64,000 bases of DNA, taken from Marsupella aquatica. Lineage: Eukaryota > Plantae > Marchantiophyta. The position numbers and the translations under genes were made by a program. The notes below the pieces were generated by a model, which was not told the origin of the DNA, ran no database searches, and saw nothing but the letters and a program-made list of their open reading frames with translations. Where the stretch lies: assembly GCA_973895155.1 (NCBI GenBank), contig OZ316893.1:8555739-8619738 (forward strand), read 5' to 3'. This document shows, in pieces, positions 37,192 through 51,656 of the stretch (position 1 is the first letter of the stretch; every line of letters starts with the position of its first letter).

Positions 37192-40100
37192 TCTACTAGT
37201 GCATCTCAAAGCTTCATAGATGCGGACGATGATTTTGGCGATAAACAAACAATCATATTTTTCACGGGGTTGAGTAAAACGTTTTTTTCTTTTCCACTAC
37301 CCTACAATGACTTATGGTTATGGTTATGACCAATTTTTATGGAAAAAAAGTAAAGTATTATAGAATTGATAGTCCATCACTTTTCCTACTTGCAACCTAA
37401 ACCTTAAACTACTAAGTTAAGCTCCAGAAAAATCTGAAGTTTGAGACTTCCTCCTATATACTTAAATAAAAACCAACCTGGTAGATTGTGCCCATTGCCC
37501 ATTGCCCATACTATTACTATACTGAAAATCAAGTCTGGTCCAATGTGTCCACTGCCTAAGCAAAGAGACCAAACCGAGCTGCCCCATGCCTGGCAGTCGC
37601 CCACGCACGGGTTTTCACATGGCCTTCGTGCAATTAATTTTGTGCAGTGCAGTCCGCGGGATTGTTTTCCCGCGGGCAGCAGATTGGCAGCAGGCCGCGG
37701 AATCGCTGCGGTAGTACGGTATGATTTGTGTCACGGAGCCCGTCTGCCCGATGCTCTGACTTCCTTGCTCCCTCCTGCCCGCGCGGCCCAGACCGGACAC
37801 CCACGCGGTGCTGCGGTACAGCAGTTCCCCACGCGTCTTTGCTCAGAAACTATACCCCTCTAACAATAATAATAATAAATCCAACACATACCGGGAGCAT
37901 AATATTTTCCACCGGGTGCCCGGTGCATGCGAAGGTCAAATAATGAACACTGTATAATTCGTTTTCCATCATTGCCCGTGCTATGCACGATCAGATTAAA
38001 ATAGTCTCTCTATGAGTGCTTTGCATCAAGTGTAAAACTTGGTCAATGGCAAGGCTTCCAGTTCATCCTCTTTTTCTTACTATTGTGCACGTTCCAGGCA
38101 CCTTTTGTAAGTGCAAAGAGGGCTCCACTAAATGCCAAATATATGAGGGCAAACCCTCTACAAGGGTTTATAAACGCTTGTGGGTAAGGGGACAATTCCT
38201 TCTATTTACACTTATTGATAAGTGGAAGTAATTTGTATGTAGAGTAAACTTTGCACTTATCATGTAGAAGATCATGTTCATGTTAAGACATTCCACTCCA
38301 AAAATAATATTGGGAATTGACTTGAAAGGTTCAGTTTGAGGTTCCAATCTGCACCAATTCTGCACTGTCCATAGGAACAAGAGATGATCTTTTATCATAC
38401 GGTAACTTTGTTTGCAGTCCGCAATTGTGGAGAGTTATTTTTCACCCGTGGCCACTAGAATTTTCCCCAACCAAAAAGTTTTCCCAGTTTAGGTGTTACA
38501 ATGATACCTAAGCAAATGACGTATTTGCCATTGATAAAAACAGAAACCATTTTCCTGGGCATTTGCCTCATATAAAGTTTGTCAGAATGTCATGTCTGGA
38601 ATTTAATGACCTTCCCGTCTCCCAAAACTAACTACAGAATTTTCCCAGCCATGGCCTCTGGGGTGTCTAATTTGGCACTAGACACCAATTTGTTTCGGGT
38701 TCTTTACTACTTAATTAAAATCAGACTATTACCAGGGTATTGTCCTCGTTTGACAACCCAAGGCCCAACTCGCTTGTACAAAGTCCTGAAGAATGGCTTA
38801 ACTTGACTCATCCTAGCATATGATAGAGCCAGATTTATATGCCTGAACCACCTCCTGTGCCATACCTACGGTAATGATTTGGAGTCTGTCCAACCCTGGA
38901 GGTCCTGACCCTTTGAATTCATAATCTAACAAAGCAGAGGCAATGTCCCTGTGAACTCTCCCGTATATAAGCTATAATTGGTAATGACAAAGAGGGACAC
39001 AAAACAGCCTTGCACATTGCACACATTGTAGGGCAGCAGATCCAGTCATCAACCTAAATATACTTATTGCCTAGTGTTTTGAGTGTGCTAAGGGCCCCAT
39101 TCTTCAGGGGTGCCACATGCAAGTTGACTCTAAGTTTGATTTGCCTTACCCTCCGAAAACCCATTCTGTGAAAATTGAATTGGAGGGTTGAGTACGAGGT
39201 GGAAGACGAAGTGTCTCAGGTTTCCAGTCTGCACCATTTCTGTACCCTCTATAAGAACACGAGGGCGATCTGTTATATTAGCATGGGGGCCCTCTTGCAA
39301 AGATTTACCGGGCAGGGGCAGCCCTAAATAGCGACGTACAGGACTGTCGGGCAAAGGGTCAAGGATCTACAAGAGTCAAAGGACTCCATGACTGACTCAT
39401 CGTCATGTCAGGTGGGCCTTAAAACAATGCTACTGTAGTTGACTGACCTGACTACTGTCAATCAGCCATTTATTTCATCATTTTGGGAAAGGAGTGAGTG
39501 AGCATAATTTTCAAAGTTTATTTTATCATTTTGGAAAGGAGTGATTGAGCCTAATTTCTAAAAGTTTTTCAAAGGTGTGGCCAATGTCACCTCTGGTGGG
39601 CGGAGACATTTACTTGCCCAAACAAAACTTCTTTCCCCAGCCAACCTCGTGAGAGGTTTTGAGGAAGTTGATTTAAGATCTATCAACTATTTGGATCCCT
39701 CATGGGTCTACTGATAATAGCCATTTATTTTCTCATTTGGCTTTTAAGGACATTGCCATTAAAAATGTTTGAATTTATAATACTGCCACTTTTTTTTTCT
39801 ACAAAAATGCCAGGGTTTCCCTATATGACTCCCCTGGTTACCTTGGTAAACTTGTCATCCCTATACTAAACAGTGACATGTTCATAAATACCAAAACAAT
39901 AGTGATAGTATTGTCAATTAGAATATCTTAGTGGCAAAGTAATTAGAAGTTGTTTTCTCATTGTGGGGAAGGAGTGAATAACCCCAGTTTTGATGGTATT
40001 TTAGAAGGTGAGGCTAATGTCACCTGTGTAGTGTCAAGGAGAAGATGCCATGAATATTTCTAATCATGCATAGTAGGATCTCCCTAGATTCGAGGATGAT

Positions 40101-41948
40101 CCTTGTTAATGGGGTCTGTGGCTAGGTGGGAAACCCACTGATGGAATCAAACAACCGAGCTCATTTTGGCCAGAAGTGGGGGCTTGGGAGGTTGAACCCA
40201 GCTAATTTAGTTACTAAAAAGATGCTGGCAGGAGCGGTTACTTGGGTCCTTTCATTGGGACGAACCAGGGTAATGTTTTGTCTTTGTTGCTAAGGCACCA
40301 ATGTCATTGACCCAAAAAATACAAAGGATATTCACTATCTAATTTTACTAGATTTTTTATTTGAGTATTACAGGATAATAGTCAAATTCTGCCTAATTGG
40401 TTTGTGGCTAGGTTGCAAAATGGCTAGTCTAAGACAAGAGTTATGGCAAGTCTTTGCCAAAAAATGACTAAGACTTGTCAACGAGCTGGAATTTGCAAGT
40501 TTTAGTCACTTAAAAAAAATGTGATTGGGAATTAATCTGTCACAAACAAATTGACACAAAAATTGACAGATGCATGGCATTTAAAGCCAGGACGGCCCTC
40601 CATGAGTTTTTGAAACGCATGGATAGAGAACCCAGATGAACCATAGCAAAACCATAGCTCTGTTGAGCATAGACGATAATCATAACGGCAAGCCCATGAA
40701 CCATCCAACGCACGAGTATTGACACCGGGATTGACACCGAGAGATATGTGGTTCACCTTCACATGAGACTACATCCACGGGAACACACAAGAGCTTTAGT
40801 GCACTCTAGACCGACCGGCCATACCAAACATCCACATAAGCTCTCCCTATTTCTTAACTGGCTCCGTTACAATGAGCCTGAGTTCTCACTCTCCAAACAA
40901 ACACCACTTGGGTATAGTGTGTGCACAACATGACTAACCTAACCTAGTCTATGACTAAGGTTAACCCTAATTGCAGTACAATTGGAACTCTAGACCTAAG
41001 AGTAAATCCTAACAAACTCAAGTACATGAGAATTGGTCCCAACTTGTTGTAGGTTGCACAGGTGATGAAAGTTTTTAGACACATTTTCCAAAGAATGGAG
41101 AGCAAGTGAAATGATCTGTTTTTTTTGCCTTGAAAGTGAAATGATTACGCCTTTCATTTCATCATGGCCGCGACCACAAACTGTCACAACCCATGGGTAT
41201 TGCACTAGTTATTCTTTAAGAAGTGGCAAGTTGTGATATTCCATGGAAATGACAACTATTTAGTTAAACCCAGTAAAACATCATTAACTCTTCTGCCCAA
41301 TTGACTGAGTGTCTTCTGAGAGTTTGAGTTGAAGTACAACATTGTCTCACACAAACTCTTACAATATTTAAACCGTCATCTTTTCAAAAACCTGGACAAA
41401 TCAATTCATTATGTGGTGCAAGTCATTGTTCAAATGGCAGCCAGGTTGATCATGACTGTATATTTGGTGGAGAAGGTCACCTATTGACCTGTGGTCTCTA
41501 TCACAGGTGACCTTAAACAGTGACTGCTTGTCACCAGTTTGAAGGTGTCAACTTAGAGTACCCCTCACTAAAGACAAATTGTCACCCTTTGCATACTTGC
41601 TTGGCATCATCTTAAAGACCTGTTAAGATTTCGTCTCCAGCTGTTGCCTCCTTCGAGGGCTCTCAAATTGTTGTCACCTTTTTAGAATTGTTAAAGTCGT
41701 TCTCATATCGCTGTTACCAGTTCCCATCCATCTGAAATGGTACCGTCTTTTCTTTTCGTATGCACAAGAGGAGAATATCTCATGGGAGCATGGCCAAAGT
41801 ACTACTGCTGACTCGAGGGGCTCAACAATGTTCATATGGGCCAAATGAAGCTCCTTCTCATGGTTGTCGTTACTCGTCGACCATTTTGTTGTCCTGGGGA
41901 ATGTACAGGCCTGGGGAATGTACAGCTGACAACTAGTTTTCGAGACCA

Positions 41949-42340
41949 GGACATTTTGTCATTTGTGATTGAGTAACCTTACTTTTATGTGACTTCCAGT
42001 GCGGTACCCAAAAACGTTATATACATTTTGTGACTTGTGATTTAGTAAGCTTACTTTAAAGTGGCTTCCAGTGAGGTACCAACGAAGGCAATGCACAATG
42101 TGACGCATTATAATTTGTGATTTAGTATACTTTATAGTGACTGCCAGTGAGGTACCAAAAAATGGTTACGGAGAACAGGAAATTTTGTGATCTATGATTC
42201 AGTAACCTTACTTTATAGTGACTTCCAGCGAGGTATCAAAAAATATCGTGTAGAATGGGACATTTTGTGGATTGTGATATAGAAACCCTACTCTATAGAG
42301 ACTTCCAGTGGGTACCAATAAAAAACATGTAGAACTGGAG
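41949..42340. repeat. Degenerate tandem array, 5 units of about 73-82 bp
   Basis: Core cattttgt..ttgtgatt.agtaaccttacttta.agtgacttccagtgaggtacc recurs; the gtgacttccagt-like part is at about 41989, 42061, 42137, 42218 and 42298. Confidence 0.85.
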
Positions 42341-43617
42341 TAGTCTTTAAAAAACGAAAAAAGAAAACTTTGAACTGTAGAAGAACTGTTAGACGTAAGA
42401 ATTTATTTGCATCCAAAATTCAAAATGCAATTTCCTGCCCATAACTTCAAATATTATTGTCAGAGCAGGAAAATCTATCAAGTTTAGGGTTTAGGCTGAA
42501 AATTAAGAGTTAAAAAACGCTAGAGCGATCCAAAAGTGAGTTTTGGGTGATCTTTCTAACGGAAAATAACTGAAAGTGCTCACCCTTGAGTAAACTAGTT
42601 ACGAGACTTCAAGAGGTTGTCGGGCTAAGGACAGGAAATAACATGCACAGTGAAAAGAGATATACAGAGGACACTGCTCTCCAATCGAAGGTAATCGATT
42701 TAATGTATAATTCCGACCACCTACTCTTGAAGAGTGCAACGTTCTCTGCTAGATCCAGGTTCCACGATCACTTACCTTCTTTATATGTTAGCCCCAGGAA
42801 GGGAAGTGGGTGTGCCAAGTGTGGAAGGAGTCCTTTCCCCACACAAGGGAAGTGAGCTCCCCAACTCACTTCAATGATTTTGACAACCATGAGCAACGAG
42901 TTACTTTCACAGTTGCAGCATTAGCGGCGAGTGTTTCATTGCAAGAATGTGCCATTCAAAGAAATTAAAGGACAGGACGCGTGATTCCGCAGGTCAGATG
43001 ATATCAGGAAAGAAATCCAGTGAGACATCTTCGAGGGCCACTAGTGAAAAGTGGTTGCCAACTTACTGGCATATTAGAAGACAATTTCCTCACCGCCATT
43101 CCTTTTCAAACCCAGCTCTAGCTTGGTCTGGCTTTATGATGGAGAATCACAGAAGGTAGTCCGGGATGTCCAAGAGATGCCTTTGTTCCTGCTCTAGTTG
43201 AGAATCTATCGCTACAAATCAGGCATTGGTTGAATTTTCTCTTGAAACCTCTGCATTGACCTACTGAGCTGGTTCTGGAACCCAGCATAACAACTCTTGA
43301 ACGTTGAAACTGCCATCCTATTGCATATTACTGAGCTCTCATTTCCACCTTTGATCTCCCTGACGTTCTAAGTAAACATTGCGCAATGTCCTTCGAAAAA
43401 ACTTGGGAGCAGAACTTGATTCCATAACACAGCAGTCTTCATTTCAATGAAGACAGAGTTCGCCTCCAACATTTGAATCATCGGCATGCTGTGAGCAGAT
43501 TGGTGGCGTTCGTGACTCAAGATCGAGCTTAGCTTTCCCTTCAGAAGTAAGGTTCGAATCATGCAACAGGCAATCGACTCCTGTGGTGTAATACTGGTTG
43601 ATCAAAATGGGCGTATC

Positions 43618-46600
43618 TCACCCCTTTTTACTCAAGAGAAGTTTTCTGAACTCATCGTTGGATTTCATTACCTCATCCCCAGTAGCGTCTTGCCCTGGAT
43701 TCCAACCAAGAGGCCGAACTACAGTCCTTGGAACTGCAAAGGTATTACTTCCACTCATACTCACTTTACCTCCCCGACGATGACCCAGACCACTGCCACG
43801 TGCCCGCCCGGTGCCGCCATCATCTCTATTATCCTCCCCTCGGCCCCTACCGTGATGACCACCCCGATGACCAAAGTCACCTGCAATCAGGGATATTCTC
43901 AAATGTAAGAGATGAACGAAGTTTAGCATGACTCATTTGACTTCGACAGAATCGTTGGGGTGAAGCCCATCCACAAGCTGAAACATCACAGAATGACATC
44001 TTGTCATTGGCATTCTAAGCTGAAATGCATGGACTTCACGGAGAGCATATTCTCTTGTCTGTGAAAAATAAAGTCTTGGTATCGGCAGTCAAACGTTGCC
44101 CTTCCATTCTGTCCGCAGTTGAAAGAACGAATGAGCTGATTGGTAGATGTGCCGATCTAGTGGGTTCTAAGAAGAGAGAATATCAGCACCTCTTCCTCGC
44201 CCGATGTTGCCCCGACCTCCTCCACGACCACCTGTGGGAGCAGATCGAGCTACTGTCAACTGGCGTCCACCGAGCTCTTGCTTGTCTTTTGTAATTGCAG
44301 CAGCCAATGACTCCTCATCTTCAAAATCAACGTAAGCAAGACCCTGCCAAGTAAAACCACCCAAAGCACATGAACACCTTTCAAACCAAGGATTTATTGT
44401 AGGGAACAGGAGGACCATCAGAAGCTTCTGGGACATTATTGCTCGTGCGAGGGGACAGGGAACTTGAGTTTTTGGACCTGAGTCCAAAAACAGGATCTTC
44501 CAAATTGCTCAATATAAACACACGGTTTCAAACGTGATCATAAAAGGTTAAGTGACGAAAATTCTGAATCAGAAATAAAAGGTGCAGTTTACCAGTAGTC
44601 CCACATCTGAGTCGTCCTTGCAACGATCTTCCAGAAATACAAATCGTCTTCCTCAGTCAGTCTTTATTCTTTGCGTATGGATTCTCAAGTGAGGTTGCTA
44701 TGAAAACGAAAAGGTAGGTTGTGTAACCGTTCACACAAAGGGACTCAGGGGTCGAAAGGCATTCAGAGAGTGCATACAATTGAGCATTCAACATTCGTCT
44801 ACAGAACTTGGACTGATAACATACCCGAGGACGGCCAGTAGCCTTCTCTCGCAGAAGCCTAACTTCTTTTACTCCAGCTACAGAAGAGAAAAATTCTCTG
44901 AGTTGATCTTCAGTCACCTGTAAATTGAATTATCTCAAATCATCATCAGACCCATGCGATAACAGCACAAAATTGCATCATTCAAACTTGTTCATGATAT
45001 TGTCCGAATTTAGAGCACAATAAACATACACTGGAAAGTCTGACTATTATAGGAGTTCACATCTTTAGACATTCCTCCACTGCCCTTACATAAAAGGATG
45101 TGCAAGATCACTGTTTCCTACTCAATAAGTAAAATTTTGACAAGATTAGAACGGAAACGGCTGTCCTGATAACCTGCTTCATCGTGAGAAATAAGAACAC
45201 AATGTACAACCCCTTATGGTTACAGAAAGGCCAACAAATAAAACTCAACTTCTCTAGTCGTCATTTCCACATTCCAGACAACGACTTTTTTGCAAGCGAG
45301 GAGTTTGGTAGATTATCAAACCACAGACAACCGTACCTCAAATGCAATATTTGAGACAAATGCAGTACACTCGTCTTTGTACACTCTTGGGGATTTCGGC
45401 TTTTTGGGTATTTTCTGAGAAGTATCGCCCATAACTGCATCCTTTGCAATTTCTTCTGCTTTTGACTTTTTCAACACTGGCTTAGGTACCTTGAATCCCC
45501 TCGAATCTAGAGCACGTTTTCTCTTGGATGCAGCTGAATCCGCGGAGTGTTCTTGGGTATTCTTCTGTCCGCTGCTCCCAGGCTGCTCTCTGGTTTTGTT
45601 ATCTCCTTCAGCAACTTGTTGTACAGACCTATTCTCAACATTCTGAGAAGATTTTACTTCCTGCTGCAGTTGCATAACTTGAATTTCTGCAAGACGGGGA
45701 GTGACCTGCACGACACAAGTATAACTTCGTCACTGTTCCAAACCAAACCGAAGATAGAGCAGGCGGGCGCCATTATAAGACCATGTACTGATGACCATTT
45801 CTGGCGTAACGAATCATGTATCCTCCGACAGGTGAAAAAATTAATTTTTCAGTAAGGAACGGCGAAGAGAGACGCGCACTGCTATACTTCAAATTTTACT
45901 GGCATATAGTTACGTCGAAAGCTCTTCTTGCAGACATAAAAATACTTTTTCCATACGCGTTAGGGGTTCACCTTCACTATGAAGTAGAAACCGAAAGTGA
46001 AAAACTATTGTTTTAGATAAAATTTCAAATGAATAAATCGGATACGTCATAGGGGCATAAACGCGATGACAAAGACGAATCCATACCTTCATGACAGCCC
46101 GATCGTAATCTTCCAAAGAACCATGCTCCCGCTCAAATCGCAACCAAGAAGAACACATCACCTGCTCCAAGGAGTGTACTCCATCAGTTATTCGAAAGTA
46201 ACACAGATTACCCTCAATGAAGAAGCATGCCACAGTTAGCCCTTCATCACGGGCAGGAACTGTTTTTTCTGATTTCCTTGCAAAATTGAGGAGCTTCCGC
46301 TTCTTGAATAGAGCTTGTTGTTTCAGGGCATTAGGATACACACCTCAGTTCCATTGCCCTCTAACCGTCTACTATAGCAACTTCTGTAGATGGCACGGGC
46401 TTCCTTGATATTATTCAGCGACAGTTCCATGGAAATGTAGCCTTGCCAGACTTCAGTCATCCATCCACTGCAAGATTCAATAAGTTGCTCTAAAGGTCAA
46501 TGAAATCCCCAGCAACACGTGAATCTAAGCTTTGTACAACTGATGTGGAAGCGCCCGATGAAAGTAAACTGAAGGGTATGATACGAACTATGAAAAACCA

Positions 46601-49600
46601 AAGTCAGGAAAATGGTCCCTCGTAGAAAGACCTTGACTTAATAAGGCCTTCCCAAACCCCACGAGCTGCTACCAAATCCTTCACTACGTGCGCTTCAATG
46701 TCTGCCCAATAGGCATGCAGCTGCAATGTTCGATCCACATAATCCGGATAATACGTTGCCAAAAACTGAGCGGCTCTCTGCAATCGTTTTAAAGATTGAA
46801 AAGTTTAGACGTACACAGCAGGAAACTCCAAATTGAACGGGATACGAGTTACGGGAGAAATAAAGTCCATAACAAACAGAAAATGGAGTACTAGCAAGAC
46901 AAATCCTTGTACACCGAAGACTCCTGAACGATTCTCAGGGATCCATCTGGGCTGTTGAACTAAAAATGCGCAATGAGGCGATGCTTCGACACCTTAGGTC
47001 ATGAAATTTGCAAAGAATGAAGCATTTTGATAGAGATAATCAATATAAGGAGAAGCAGCTCACATCGAGAGTGTTATGCAATATCGAAATGTCAGATTGT
47101 CTATCTGGGCCATTCACTGCAGCCATTATTCGCCGGCGCAGCCCATCACAGCGAGTGAGAAACAAATCCAGGTACTGCATCCACGAAAAGAATCGTAAAT
47201 CATCTTGTAAGATCTCATTCCCATCACGCTGGTAGACAAAAAGACACTTAATGGAAGCCTGCTTTACCTACCGATGTTTATCTTTTCAGGCTTGAGAACG
47301 CAAGGTCGTCGACAAACCACATCGGCTGCCAACCCTAGGAATATATGTGTTTACACCTCAGTCGGTCAAGATGGCAAAACATCACAAGAGAAACCGAACG
47401 TCTATTTGAGACCCCCCAGTTCTTCCCCGTTTTGAGTACAAATATTTCACTCAATGAGGCAATCTGACAGCGCTTCTGAAGCAAAAGGCAAATCTAGACA
47501 GCTATTTTCCAAGACTTCAGTTAGACATTCATACCTCTTGTGCTGTCTGAAATCCACCGTGAAGAGATTGCTCAAACACCTGTTACAATAGACACAATCA
47601 TTTCCTTGAAGCCTTTACAACAATCTAGGACATATCGGTTGTCTTGATAATGACAGAAAGTTGCCATGGCAGATTCTTACTATTACAACCAACCAAGAAA
47701 CGGTGGTGTTCCCCAATAGATAAACGGACTAAACCTTATGAGGAGGCTTACTTACTGCAGACAATTCAGTGTCAGTGGCTCGAAACCTTTCCAGCGCCAG
47801 AAGATAGCTCTTCCACAGAGGTTCCACCCATGGACAATTTCGCACAGCTCTGACATATACACCCTTTAGGACTGGAAACACCTGCATAAGCGAAGCACTT
47901 ATTCTTAGGCATATTATAATTACGCATTGCTAAACTGATTGGGAGAATCCGTCAGTGAGGAAAAAATTAAACCTAAGTCTTTTATTGACCTAGCACTCTT
48001 CTTCTGCTGCTGTGACGTATTTGTCATCGATGGAAACTAGTGCTAGTATAAAGTCCTGTGTATAATGGAGATTCGATACACTTCACTAGAAGTGCATATT
48101 GTTGATGTCTAAAGTAACTGGTGATCAAGGTTTTGAGCTAGAAATTCAAAACGAGATATTTAGGGGAAAACTTTACCACACCAAATTGAGCAACATTAAT
48201 TTTCTAGTCTAGTAGTCATTTGATTTCATATCCGTTGAATTCCTTTGACAGAGCACAGGAAAGATTACTCTATTGTGGAGAGCAGCATACAAGTGTGGGG
48301 TTTATTTCCAGTGCTGGATGATGCATTGAAATTACCTTCAGGGTGGTCTCTAAATATTGTGTATATTTGATCCATATATCCTGATTAACAGAGAACGCTG
48401 AGACAGCCCGTTCATATAAGATCTGTGCCCTAGCCGGTTCACCAGTGGCTTCTTCGATGCTTATATATCCCTGCCATGATCAGGAAATCATACTTAAGTT
48501 TGATGACTTCTGCGACGATACTGAAGAGCGAGAATGTGACACCAAAACTCAATCGGAAACTTAGAAACGGTTCGACTTCGTACCAGGTAATGCTGAAGTA
48601 GCTCTGCATCTGCTGGTTTGTCTTTAGCGATTTTCCCTTCATGAAGTTCACGGATACTGCAAAGTTGCAAAGCCTTTTTGTACGCTAAACCAACATGAGA
48701 TGGAAGTCCGGATAAATCATCGCCGATGTGGTTTTCTTGTTGACCCTCCCACTCTTTGTACTCTTGCAAAGTATCAGCAAGATTTCCTAATGGAATCGTC
48801 AGCTGTCGTCGAAACAAGCTCCTAACAATTTCCACCTGCTTCACCTTTCCCTGCACATTCCAATCAGAAACATCTGGGTGATTCATAGTATTGATTGCAA
48901 ATAAGAGCAATCTGCCTTTTTCCGTAGCTGAATTATTTAGCAAATTCTCTTGTTAAAACACAAAGGACAGCTGATGGAACGGCAGAAGGGCCCTTAGATT
49001 TTCACATACCTCTCCACCTGATGCATTGATCATCAGAAGGATGGCTTGTTCAAATTCACGATATGCTTCCCAAACTTTCCCACCTTCTGCAAAGTGAAGG
49101 CCGACTGCTGCCAGGGCCCGTTCACAGAGGTTTCGCATTTTGGAGACTCCTTCTTTTGTGCCTTCGGCAACGGTTGTATCATGCTCCTCGACGAACTTCA
49201 AATATTGCAGCCACAGCGGCACAGACTGACAAAAATCGGCTGACCAAGGTTAATTCTTCAAAGGAACTAAGACCTTCATTTTTTTGAAAACGGGAGTCCA
49301 GAACAGAAAAACAAAAATTGACGAGAAACCGCCACGAGTTCAACACAAACGCTTCAAACAATGACACTGGGCAAACAAAATTATTTTCTCGGTGGCTGAC
49401 GATGATTTCAGGTAATTTGCGCATGAGTGGGAAAGCATATGACTGAATAAGAAACCTACCAGATAGTCTTGTATACCTCGTTCATAGAGAGCTTCCACAG
49501 CTTTTACATCCTCCACCCTGTGTCAGCCGAAGCACCACATGACTAAGAAGTGGTAACTGGAAATATAGCAGTAGCCATCCATGCTCTGCAGCGTATGCAT

Positions 49601-50627
49601 CGACAGAAGTGAGTGAGGGGATCTCCATGAAAATTAGCAGAAACCCCTCCATGCAGTTTCCAAACCACGTCTAACCGACAATTCGGGTCTGTTTGGTAAT
49701 GCCCAATGCCTGTTCACAAAGTTCCATGAACTAAATGTCGAGTGTCACATCAACGCTCATGCACAACTTGCCCCATATCACATTGCACTGACCGAATCGT
49801 CAGCTGTATTCTGTTACATACAAGTAGATCGGGCAAAGCCGGGTATGGCTAATATGGATGTACATGTGAATTTCTATTTCTTCTTTAAGAGTTTTAGATG
49901 AGTGCCTTCGGGGTTCGTACACTGTTATGTGCTAGCTCTCATTTTGAGTACGCATGATGAAACTTGCCCTTTCCAGTTAGTTTCTCTGTTGTCGCTCTTT
50001 GAACTTGAAGTAAAAGGGACCCCGTTCCGACAAGAAAATGTAATGAGAAGGAAGGAATTACCCTGCTATGAGGCGAGCTTCGTCCTGCGCCCATTCTCTC
50101 CACATGTCTGGGGTCAGAGGGTACAGCTGATTCATAGCCTCTCTCGCAGTTCGAACCTTTTCTAATTGTCCAGCTCTCCTCAGAGCAGCTATTAGCTGCA
50201 TGCACAACAAAATAATTCAGCAATGCATCAGATACATTCAAACAATGTCCAACATAGGACAATCCATTCGGCAGAAAAACAGAACAGCTAGGCTTGAAAA
50301 GGAGGGAGAGCCCTAGAAATGCACCTGCACATGAATTTCATAGCTGTAGGGGTTTGCAGCCAATGCAACTTCCAGCTTCTCCACTTGTTTATCGCTTAAC
50401 AAGTCGTCCTCATCGTCGTAGCCCGAATCAGAACCTTCGCTTGAAGAATCCTCTCCCTTCTCCTCCGCCACCTCCTCCCCCTCCTCATTGCTATCATCGT
50501 CCTCTGCTTCTCCAGCATGTCCTCCATTCTCCTCCTTCACCTCTGTCGCACCTTCTCCTCCCACTTCATTATCAACATCCGACTCTCCCTCCATGACCAC
50601 ATCTTCTTGAACATCGTCGTCGGCCAT
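43618..50627 (-). CDS. SART3: SART3 / Prp24-like U4/U6 snRNP recycling factor (HAT repeats, RRM, LSm-interaction motif), multi-exon
   Basis: Acidic N-terminus (MADDDVQED..., ATG at 50627). HAT-repeat exons: NPYSYEIHVQ, AREAMNQLYPLTPDMWREW, LYERGIQDYLSVPLWLQY, GLHFAEGGKVWEAYREFE, RRQLTIPL, WLRFEREHGSLED. RRM: TAFVSNIAFE...RGLAYVDF. Then an RGG-rich tail and terminal MKSNDEFRKLLL. All junctions checked were GT-AG. Confidence 0.96.
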
Positions 50628-51656
50628 TATCGTCACTCCAACCGCGACACCGAATCCCTTCTCCCAAATCGGTTAATCGATTCCTCAACCAATTGAGTTC
50701 ACTTTTCTCCACCAAAACCGAACCCTATGGGACGAGGCAAGCCGCAAACTAGTCCAATTCGTGGCCGGATCGCTTTTTCAGGAACATCACCACCACCTGC
50801 GTACAAATAGTCTTGTGGCAACGAAGATGGAAACCTTCACATCGGAGATGAAATCCGCGACTCCATAATTTCTTCTTCAGGGTTTCGCCATATCTTAAAC
50901 CCCAACGACGAAGAGAAGAAGTTGATTGAAACAGAGATAATATGTTAGAAGAGCTTGGCCTTTAGAGTCGAGCGGGAGTCTAGTGTGGCACGTAATAGAG
51001 AGTTCACCTGCTTCCATGATACTCTTCCAGGTTAGCCTCTTTCAGTGAAAACCAGGTTCAAATTCTGACTTCAATTCAAATGTCCATGTGTAATATAGTA
51101 TGCTCATCTTGGAACATGCTTTATTTTTTGTCTTGTACTGATCTGAAAGTAAATAAAATATGAGAGCATAAAAGTGTTGTTATACAAGTAAAGTGTCTAC
51201 CAAGAAAAACACAGTGACCAAGAAAAGGTACAGTCAAACAATGCTACGATGTGTGCACTTAACTCAGGGTGCCTTATGAATGGCACTCCTTTCAATTAAA
51301 ACCATAAACTTAGGAAAGAAAAACATGAGGAGAACTTTTTTTTGCCTTGAAAGATCTTTTTGAATTCCATTCACAAAGACAACATACAAACAGGTGGCCA
51401 CCAGGGCAACACCACAGGAGGACAAAAGGTCGAAGTGCAAAAGAAAGCCGGTGAGGCCAGCGCAAGGAAAGAAACTAGGCCGCAAGACGAGGGGCAACCA
51501 AATAAGGAATTTAACTACTGCAGTAGGAGAAGCACACTCCAAGAGACTGGCCAGTGCTCAGGTTCCGGTAAGGTTCCATTCAGTGGGTCCGTGATAGACT
51601 TACGTTCCTATCGTCTAGCCTGCAGTGAAGAATCTAATCCTGAAAACAACTATAGT

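Noticed and set aside
41949-42340. CRISPR array
   Set aside because: Eukaryotic intron-rich context, no cas genes, repeats too long and degenerate, and linkers partly homologous to each other.
42765-42785. Consensus donor AAG|GTAAGT on the minus strand downstream of the SART3 stop (possible 3' UTR intron)
   Set aside because: No convincing acceptor or transcript evidence; such a 9-mer can occur by chance.
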